Program-made: the position numbers and the translations under genes
Shown here: piece by piece, positions 1 to 9,900 of the stretch
How the letters are laid out: each line of letters begins with the position of its first letter
Position numbering within the stretch: position 1 is the stretch's first letter
Notes under the pieces: model-generated
Databases searched by the model: none
Seen by the model: only the letters and a program-made list of their open reading frames with translations
Told to the model about the DNA's origin: nothing
Source of the DNA: Tubulanus polymorphus
Taxonomy: Eukaryota; Animalia; Nemertea
Length of the DNA: 64,000 bases
Assembly (NCBI RefSeq): GCF_964204645.1
Contig: NC_134034.1
Coordinates: 1,798,072-1,862,071 of the forward strand
Direction: 5' to 3'

Positions 1-594
1 GCCATTTTCGATCGCGCTCCTCCGGGAGGTTGACATTTCTTGTCTTAACTTCCGAATGCGGTGATCAAGAAATAGATCATTCTTCTGGAAAGGGACAATC
101 GAAAATGGACGGTTCATAAAAGTACATTCGATTCTTTATGCTTTAAATAGGTGCTCCTTTCACATAGAGGTCACGCGTACCTACGGCTTTAGTACGTACG
201 CACTTTATGAACGATCCTGAAAGGGTTTTATCCAGGGAGGGGGGTTATTTTTAAACCATGGTCGGGTAGACGTGTCGTATGCCACTGCTGGTCAAATTTG
301 TATTTTTATAACGCGATGCGATTTTTTGTGAATGAATAAAGATTTGCATTTATTTTAGAAGAAATGTTTTCATTCGTGGTTTCAGTGGCAGGACCTTGAT
401 TTGTGCAAGCGTGTGGACTCCTCATCAATCTGCTGACTGGAACCACATTCCCCACAACCTGGAACCACTCAATCCCTCTCATAGACTACGATCTCTGCGC
501 CCTGGAAATCCACCTCTTCTTCGAGAACATGTACTTAAGCAAAGGGTTTGATTGCCTCCTGTTAAACCCTGGCCACAGACCCTTCAATGGTCTA

Positions 595-720
595 GGGATC
601 ATTCATTTATTGCGTATGCATCAAGTTTGTTTCCCCCCTCCCCCCCCCCCCCCATTAAGCATTACTGTAGGCATTTACCTCTCCCTCCCCTAATGGGTAT
701 GTAATAAATGAATGATCCCC
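595..720. mobile_element. PIF/Harbinger (Tourist)-like MITE nested in another MITE
   Basis: TIR GGGATCATTCATTTATT...AATAAATGAATGATCCC; related copies at about 1450-1595 and 6241-6443. Confidence 0.6.
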
Positions 721-1732
721 TTCAAGATTTCTTGGGCAGCCAGGGAATAGACCAATAGACTGAAGGGTCTGTAGCCAAGGCCTCTGGTGTTCAGTAGGAG
801 GCTATGTAACCCAGGAGAGTGAAGACATTGGTGAAAAGCAGACGGCGTAAAGTGTCCTGGCTGCAAATTTATAAAAGTCGGTCAGCGTTTTTATTCCATT
901 TCAGTAAAACCATTGATAGAAACTGAAACAGATTCGAATATTTATTTTTTATTTACAAAAAAAAACAAAACAACACACACGAACTTTCCATCGATAATGA
1001 ATGAAGAAGCAGCAGACGCGATGTTTGATGAGACAACGTTGAAACGGAACGAGAGAGAAATTATTAACTAGAAATGAAATAAATGCCGTTTAAAAATAGC
1101 ACCTCATATAAACGTGTCAACAGACTCAGTCAGGGGGGGGTTAGTCAAAGTCCACGGGGCCCCGCTGGGGAAACCAGACACTGTCTAGTGGCTGGTGCCC
1201 CCTAGTGACTCCCTGGTATTGACGCGGTCTCTACACATCAGTTAATTCTGGATAAAAAATTTCAATAAAGGAAATTATATCTTATTCCGAGGAAGTCGTT
1301 TATCTCGGTAAAACATAAATTGAATGGTTTTGTAGGCGAAATTCTTATCGTTTACGCAAAACTTGATTTCTCGCTGGGTAGAGAATAAACGCAGGTCCTG
1401 AATGTATCGATTTAGGTGTAGTTTACCGTACTACATCAAACTAAACTAGCGATCATTCATTTATTACGTACGCATAAAATTAGACGTTATCAACCCCCCC
1501 TCCCCCCTCTGTACGCAAAATCGGCCATTTTTCATGTACATTAAGCATAACAGTACGCAATTGCACTGACGCGTACGTAATAAATTAATGACCCCATAGA
1601 CAAAAATTTATCAAATTACCTATTTCTCAAATTTGAAGGAAATTCAGGCATTTTGCTCAAATTAACAGAGTTTCTGTTAAGAAATCGAGTTGTAGGGACT
1701 CTGATAGGTGTAAAACTGGTAGGTGCTGCCCC

Positions 1733-4471
1733 CTAGTGACTGTCCGGTATAGCCGATGTAGAGTATATGGAAGAAGACGCCGGCGAACGCATCCATTGTA
1801 AATAATCTTTCATTTCGACGTCGTAGCGTTTTTTCTCCGAGTCGTACAAATCTTGATAGATCTTACGATCCTGCGGCGGAAGGTGTTGCCATTTTTCGGC
1901 GAGAACTCGACTCAAATCGTGAGCAGTCGACTCCGTTTTATGCTCCTGAAACGAACAAATAAAATCGAGAATAGGTTTAACCCTTTCAGTGCTGGCTAAT
2001 TAATACCCTATAGTGCTGGAGATAATTCGAAAATTTTGAAAAATTCCACCCTACTGTGTTGAATAACGGGAATACCACTAGTGCGTCTACACCGCGGTGC
2101 GGTGTATCGTTAGTTACTAATATTTCACTATGTTCGACAGGTGCTGCCATCTTTCAAGAGAGATAATTAGTAATTACTAATTACATCAATACACGGCAGT
2201 GCGGTGTACTAGCAAAATCCATCACTGATTCGTACACCGCACTGCGGTGTAGACGCACCGAAAGGGTTAAGCGATTGATATGTTGTTTCTCCCTCTACTG
2301 AGCTTAAAAGTTGACCCGACCGCCCGCCTATGTACCCTGTACAATCATGATCAAGCTTATCATAACAGAACCGGCAGTTGTAGAAATAAACTGCTTATGA
2401 ATTTTATTGCGGTTTACAAAATGAGGTAACCATTTTTTCGTCATAACCCCTTTTCAAAACGACACACAATGGACAGCAACAAAAAAAGAAAATACATAGA
2501 TTTTGCATTATCAAGTTATTTACCTGACCAGTGACCAAGCATTCACTGATTAAATTATAATATATCTTCAATGAGGGCTGTTTCTTATCAAGAGGCTCCT
2601 TGTGTCACTTGTCGCCAGCAAGAACAACAAGACTCCAACAATTTAAATTCCCTAACTTTCAAGAAGAGTCGGAGTTCCCTGATTTTCCCAACGGGTAAAA
2701 TGAATCTGGAATTTCAGATTTGCCCAGATCGCAAAATTTATACATTTCATTTTTTCAATAGAAACTAGGTGGTGCTGGGCTCCACTGACCTTGAAATACG
2801 CTTCCTTCAATGCCTTCGTGTTGTGCTCAGAGAACAGCACGAACGGATGAACCGGTTTCTTCGGAGCGTCACGTTCGCACTTCTCGATTTTGATCCGCTT
2901 CACGAGACTGGCCGCCGTAGACGTCGTCGCCGGGGGAGACGACGTATTGTTGCCGATAGACGTCGTCGCGACGACCGACGGGTCGGGTCTCGGTAACACC
3001 ACCGGGGGCGACACTTCCTGAAAAATGAATATCAAAATGATTAGTGTCACTGTCTAGTGAAAGATGGCGCTTCTTTCGTAAATGAATTACAATTTCTTTT
3101 GAGCTTTCATATCGATCCTCACTTGCCAGGGTTTGATTGCCTCATGCCAACTCAAACACGGCCCAAGACTTCTTGGGTGGACTGGTTCCCACTCAGTGGC
3201 GACCAGTCTATAATATCTAGCCAATCGAATGCGTTATTGTCAGAACGAATCTGGCGGTGAAAAAAACATCCGATAGGCTTAATTACATAGACTGGTGGCC
3301 GCTGAGCGGGAACCTATCCGCTCATGAAATCATACGCGGTGTAATAGACCACTGAAAGGTCTGCGGTCAGGGTTTGTGAGCTTCTTGCGGGAGGCATTAA
3401 ACCCTGGCAAGCGAGGATGGTTAAATAGATGACCGTTCAACGTACCTCCCACATAACCGGAACTTGTGCGTCTCTGAAATCATCTCCGTAATCATCTAAA
3501 CAATTCATTAACAACCTATGATAAAATATTGAGAGACCAGAAAATTACGTCTGAACAGATTAGCAAATAAAATACAGTTTTCAAGAGGTGCAACTCAGGT
3601 TATGATGGGCTGACAATGACAGTCGAGATTTGGAGAGAGGGTTGTGTCGGGCCGAATCGGTTTATTTACCTTCTTTCTTTCTTGTAGAGTTTACATAATA
3701 CTTTAGAGTAATACAGACGGTTGATTAGTTTTTCATTTGCCTGAAAAACAACGCAATCAACTGACAATCGCTGAAGACTGTAAACATAGCAGCATATATT
3801 AGAGGCAGGCGCGTTGGAAGCAATTTTTGATTGCCGCGGCCAATTGTCAGATTTTTCCATAGGTTCTAATATTTACTTCAATTTCATCAAAAATATAGTA
3901 TAGAAAGATGAAAGACGTCATTCAGTAAATTATTGCCATGGTTTTCGCCGCTGCAGTCACTACAGTTCCAACGCCAATGAGAGGGTGGAGGAGTGAAAGT
4001 GCAGGGACCGTGTGAGTTACAATTGATACAGTGAGTGGAACCATCTTGATCAATGTGAGTGTGGATGGATGATATGAATCCAGTCATTGACACAAGTGAG
4101 CTGTCTATTCCAGATGGTGACAACCATTGCCAGGACTGGTTTAACAAACAAATGGGATGAGCTCGTGACTGGAAAACTTGATTACTGGAGTCTCGATGAT
4201 GGATTGGATTATATTACTGGAGGATCGAGTGGATGAGGAAGATTTTTGCGGACGAAAAAGGAGGCCAAAAATAATGAAAATCGAAATGTGGCCCCTGTAC
4301 CTGCTGAGTTTGTTCACATTTTCGCCTCAATGTAAAGTATTTTTTCTGGTAACTGCTCTGTTTCGAGATGTTGTCCAGTATTTGTTCTAAATACGCCGAT
4401 TTGCTTCTGACTTCTTTGATTTTCTCGTCAGTATTGTCGACGTCTTCGTCGGGAACTGAAGCGGCCGCCAT
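1733..4471 (-). CDS. TFPT: TFPT/INO80F (amida)-like INO80-complex subunit with C-terminal HMG box, about 250 aa, 5 coding exons
   Basis: Exons 4471-4301, 3740-3670, 3515-3446, 3017-2790, 1945-1733; all introns GT-AG, phases consistent, 753 nt total. The segment YQKKYFTLRRKCEQTQQANEKLINRLYYSKVLCKLYKKERRLLMNCLDDYGDDFR matches the TFPT coiled coil. The segment APKKPVHPFVLFSE...LSRVLAEKWQHLPPQDRKIYQDLYDSEKKRYDVEMKDY is an HMG box. Confidence 0.85.
1981..2266. mobile_element. piggyBac-type MITE
   Basis: TTAA TSD on both sides; TIR CCCTTTCAGTGC...GCACCGAAAGGG; subterminal TACACCGC.GTGCGGTGTA repeats. Confidence 0.85.
3115..3418. mobile_element. MITE with long imperfect TIRs (ATCCTC[A/G]CTTGCCAGGGTTT)
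   Basis: ATCCTCACTTGCCAGGGTTTGATTGCCTC at the left end and GAGGCATTAAACCCTGGCAAGCGAGGAT at the right end; a related copy lies at about 540-800. Confidence 0.7.
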
Positions 4472-5261
4472 CTTTGTTATCCTTGTTGACGCATTTCGAC
4501 CGTCAGGTGCTGCCGCTATGCTCGTCGTTAGCGGATTTTTCGTGAACTAACACGAATCGACTCTGTCACGTTTACAGTGTAGATTGCCAGAGGTGGTTGA
4601 TTTTAGTTCACGAAATATCCGCTAACGATGAGATTAGCGGCAGCACCTGACGGTTAGACGATCAGGTGTCCCCAATAGGAAAAGTTAAAGTAGTTAACTA
4701 GGTTTAGGGGTAGGGTTTTCCACACCATAGGTTCTAATGTCCCAAATTCTACGTCCACCAGTGGCCTTCAGATCCAGGTCCATATCAAGCCACAAAAACA
4801 GGGTCAAAGAACTCTTAACTCAAGTATTTCAATCAACTCATCATTTATTTTTTTCACATTTCACATCACAAACGTACTAATTTTTCTTATTAGCGTTAAT
4901 GAATTAATCAATAAAAACTTTAAATAATCGATAATGTATTTGTCTATAATTACGTAGCACTTTATAATGTGTATGATATAATATTGAAGCACCCGACCGA
5001 AGGTTAGTCAGTCAATAACTGCGGTTGAAAAATCGTTTCCAAAAGACGATAAATATATTTTTAGATTTTCCAGATCAACTTATTCAAGAAGATATTAAGT
5101 ACTAAATCCACGAATTAGCCAGCCAGTAGAGCCCATTTGAACATGTCACAGTGCCAGTGGTCCTCAATCTCATCTGGTTGGGGAAACTAGGACAAGGTGC
5201 ACAGTCGAGGCTAAGATTTTAAACAAACTTAGGAATGGAAATCGAAATAGTCAATTCGAAG

Positions 5262-5822
5262 ACTTAAGATCAGTCTAAGCTCATTTTGGTTCTACAACCG
5301 ATCTAAAAACTTAGGACCAATCTAAACTTGTTTTAGCAATAACCAATCTATCAACTTGCAACCAGTCTAAGCTCATTTTGGTTCTATAACCAATCTAACA
5401 ACTTAAGACCAGTCTAAACTCATTTTGGTTCTATAGCTAATCTAACAACTTAAGACCAGCCTAAGCTCATTTTGGTTCTATAACCAATCTAACAACTTAA
5501 AACCAGTCTAAGCTCATTTTGGTTCTATAACCAATCTAACAACTTAAGACCAGTCTAAACTCATTTTGGTTCTATAGCTAATCTAACAACTTAAGACCAG
5601 CCTAAGCTCATTTTGGTTCTATAACCAATCTAACAACTTAAGACCAGTCTAAGCTCATTTGGGTTCTATAACCAACCTAACAACTTAAGACCAGTCTAAG
5701 ATGATTTGGTCTTATAGCCAATCTAACAACTTAAGACCAGTCTAAGATGATTTGGTTCTATAAACGATCTAACAATTTAAGATCAGTTCAAGCACAATTT
5801 TGGTTCCATTTCCAATCTAACA
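5262..5822. repeat. 47-bp minisatellite, about 12 units
   Basis: Unit ACTTAAGACCAGTCTAAGCTCATTTTGGTTCTATAACCAATCTAACA. Confidence 0.9.
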
Positions 5823-6934
5823 TATCGAGCCATGATTGTCCAACCGCGCCTTACAGCCTATCGTCCAACTAGGCGATAAATACCACAGTAACAACAAGCC
5901 TAAAAGCTGACAGATTCCAACATGTCCTCGCTCTACGACACCGTGTCGGGAATTATGCTATTCTGTTTATTGATTTATTCATTTAAATAGAATAAGATTT
6001 ATCCGTATAATTTATAGCAGCTCAGGCGTTATAGTGTAGAGAAAGACATAAATTAACACAAATTAAACTACCTTCAACCCATAGTAGTTCGTTCTAAATC
6101 TCATTGGTCGATGAATTCAATCAACTGTCGTTTACTAACCAATCATATACCTTTTTTCACATAAATTAAAATAACAATTTGCTAATAACTCCAGTTGAAA
6201 TTATTTTCAATTCACTCAAAAATGAAAACAGTTCCTAATAGGGACCATTTATTTATTATGTATTTTATCAATTAGTTTTCAGCGAGTTTGAGCCTTTCGT
6301 CCCATCACTGTATCTGTAGTTTACAGTTTCAGAAATTCCTCATAAAATAAACATATCATTTGACCCCCTCTCCGATTGTAGACTTATACGCATCAGACAT
6401 GACCCCCTCCCCCAACGAGCATACGTAATAAATGAATGGTCCCGTAGCATGAAAATTTCAGAACACGGAGACAAGAAGAGATTTGATTATCCATGTTCAA
6501 GTGTCGCAAGCGGAAGTTTTTCAAAAAGGTTCTACCGCCTTAACAATTCATAATTCAGTCCAGACCGTGTTTTAGTGGAGAACAGTATAGTTCGTTATGA
6601 ATCCAAGTTTTTCTTGCCACAAGCGGAAGTTTTCAAAGAAGTTTCGCCATCATAAGAATCCGTAGTCCAGTCCAGAATGCGCGTTTTAGCAGAGAAAAGT
6701 AACGAAACATCGAAATCTTTCATTTCAGATCCGCGTTTTTCGACGTATGAGAAAATTTTTCGAAAAATTTCTTTTGTCGTAAGAATCCGTAATCTAGTCC
6801 GGAATCCGTGTTTTAGCAGAGAACAGTTAGACACGCGAAACAACTGTTCATTCGGCGCGTGAATGCGTTACAAGCGCGCAGAAGTTGATTCGTACAGTTT
6901 TTCATTGTTGGACTTCGTCGTTGCGTAACCGTGG

Positions 6935-9900
6935 CTACGACAACTGCGCGAAACCGATGAGTAGATTTTCGTCGGAGGGTTCGTTCGGCCCGAAGCCTGA
7001 ACGCTGAAAACGCAGAGTAGAACTAAATTAAAACAGCCAAAAGACGGTTCCTAAAGATCAGTCATTCCTGGACATAAGGAGGTTTCGCATGTTTTTAAAG
7101 AAAATTTTGAAATTTTGAGGAAGCGTCTGCATCACTTTCATATCCCAATTACAGTAGACTCCTAAATCGGTACTGTTTATCTCAGTAAACCAATAGTGGA
7201 TTTCATCTCGGCGGTTTCGTGAGTAAATTATCACCCCTACGACTACCTAAACTTCGTTTCTAATACAGTAACCAACTAATTGGGTAAACGCAAATCCCAG
7301 TTCCAACTGTACCGATTTAGGTGTAGTCTATTGTACAACTAACAAACTTAATAAAAATATCTTATTCACTATTCCTCAATATTGAAGGAGTTTTTTAAAG
7401 AAGTTTCAGGCATTAAGCATAAATCAAAGGAGTTTCAAGCACATTTGAAAACATTTTCTGTTTAGAAGTTTTTAACCCTTTCAGTGCTGACTAATTAATA
7501 CCCTATAGTGCTGGAGATAATTTGAAAATTCTAAAAAATTCCACCCTAGTGTGTTGAATAACGGGAATACCACTATAGTGCGTCTACACCGCGGCGCAGT
7601 GTATCGTTAGTTACTAATATTTTACTATGACACATGCTGCCATTTTTCAAGAGGGATAATTACTAATTACATCAATACACCACAGTGCGGTGTACTAGCA
7701 AAATCTATCACTGATTTATACACCGCACTGCGGTGTAGACGCACTGAAAGGGTTAAGGAATCGAGGGTTTGTAGGGGACCCTGTTAGGACACATGAAATA
7801 GAATGGGTGATATTTACCAACGCAAATTTCATATTTCGCAACGACGGGTTCTCGATCACTTTCCGTAGATTCGCTCCGACTTTGAAAAAAAGAAATATCG
7901 ACGAAATTAGAGGCAGATCCGATCGCGGTACCCCCTCCCTGCCCGAGGATCGTATATTATTGTAAAAATATCGCCCACACAGTGCCCCCTAGTGATACTT
8001 ACCGACAACCATATCGGTGCCGTTCACTAAACCCGCATCGACTAATTCTAATGATATACTCTCCGGCGTATCTAGAAATGAGATCGAAATCGTATTTTTA
8101 TTGAATTGATACGATGAATTTGACGCGGTCGTTCACCTCGGGCGCGATAAGATACGATAAGATACGACAAGCTTACCGACTCCGGGAGTAAAATCAAATT
8201 TGATATCGTTTAATTCTCGTTTTTCGTTACGTAATCTGAGCACGAAGTGAAGAGTTTCCGGTTCCTGCAAAAACAATTACATCGGTGTCACCATCTGGTG
8301 GCAGTATAGAACACTACAGTGTCACCATCTGGTGGCAGTATAGAACACTACAGTGTCACCATCTGGTGGTAGTATAGAACACTACAGTGTCACCATCTGG
8401 TGGCAGTGTAGAACACTACAGTGTCACCATCTGGTGGCAGTATAGAACACTACAGAGTCACCATCTGGTGGCAGTATAGAACACTACAGTGTCACCATCT
8501 GCTGGCAGTATAGAACACTACAGTGTCACCATCTGCTGGCAGTGTAGAACACTACAGTGTCACCATCCGGTGGCTGTATAGAACACTACAGTGTCACCAT
8601 CTGCTGGCTGTATAGATCACTACAAAGTTGTTACAAAGCCGCAGAGTGGACCACATAGTGTCGCCACCTAGTGCCAGTATGTAGCACTAGGCTTGTTGCC
8701 ATCTGGTGGCAAGGCGGGATATTTCAGCGTCGCCATCTGGTAGCAGGTTAGAACAATAAATACCTTATTAGTTGATTGAGGAGAAGCAGGAGCGGGTTCG
8801 GCGTTAGTTTCAGTTTTCTACAATAAATAGAGAGAAAACGGTTACCGTTTTTTAACCCTCCACTTTTACGTTGTGTGAAATCACAAATTGGGAGGTCAGA
8901 CGTACTTTTTGAGCAACATTCTCCGCAGGTTCTTTCACCCTCGGCGACTGGAAATACAAAAAAACAAACTTTCGAGTGAAAAAGTTTTTTTCTCTGGCGT
9001 TTTCAGCGTTGGAGCGATGTATATCATAACATACCCGTTCTCCAGATACAGCAGCTTTTCCCTCCTCGGAGTTCTCATCCAACTCATCATCCGACCACTC
9101 CCACTCTCCGTCGACTGTTTTGTGTAAACGTCCACTCGAACCAGGAACGCGTTTCACCTGAAATACGTTTACAATCAGTGCTGCCCTCTAGTGGACTAAT
9201 ATGAGTGCCGTTCTCTTGAGGGTCACTGTAACTGTCACACACTTGTGTACATACAAATGCTGCCCCCTTGTGGGCTGATATCAAAGCTCTAGATTACACC
9301 ACAAGTGCTGCCCCCTTGTGGGCCCATATTAAAGTCCCTAGATTACGCCACAAGTGCTTCCCCCTTGTGAGCCGATATCAAAGTTCCTAGATTACACCAC
9401 AAGTGCTGCCCCCTTGTGGGCCGATATCAAAGTCCCTAGATTACACCACAAGTGCTTCCCCCTTGTGAGCCGATATCAAAGTTCCTAGATTACACCACAA
9501 GTGCTGCCCCCTTGTGAGCCGATATCAAAGTTCCTAGATTACACCACAAGTGCTGCCCCCTTGTGAGCCGATATCAAAGTTCCTAGATTACACCACAAGT
9601 GCTGCCCCCTTGTGAGCCGATATCAAAGTCCCTACATTACACCACAAGTGCTGCTCCCTAATAAAAGTGCTGCCCTCTATTGGACTACTATGAGCATTGC
9701 CCAATTGTGGTATTATAATACAATAACCAAGTGAACTGCCATGTACTGCCCCCTATGTGGTTTACTGTCAGTGCTATGTTATACCCACTAGTGTGCTGCC
9801 CCCTTGTGATGGATGGTGTAAGTAACAGTACCTTCTGCGGTTTGACGACAGGCGCGAGGTCCTCGATCAACACTTTACGAAGGTAAGCTTTATCTTTCGG

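Noticed and set aside
403-693. 96-aa ORF
   Set aside because: GTG start, runs through MITE sequence and a poly-C tract, and has no recognisable similarity.
3887-4147. Cys/His-rich 86-aa ORF (CxxC...CxxC) in TFPT intron 1
   Set aside because: Non-ATG start, no convincing splice sites in phase with the host, and no recognisable domain.
8285-9660. Regular repeats resembling a CRISPR array
   Set aside because: Units are head-to-tail with no unique spacers, the context is eukaryotic introns, and there are no cas genes.
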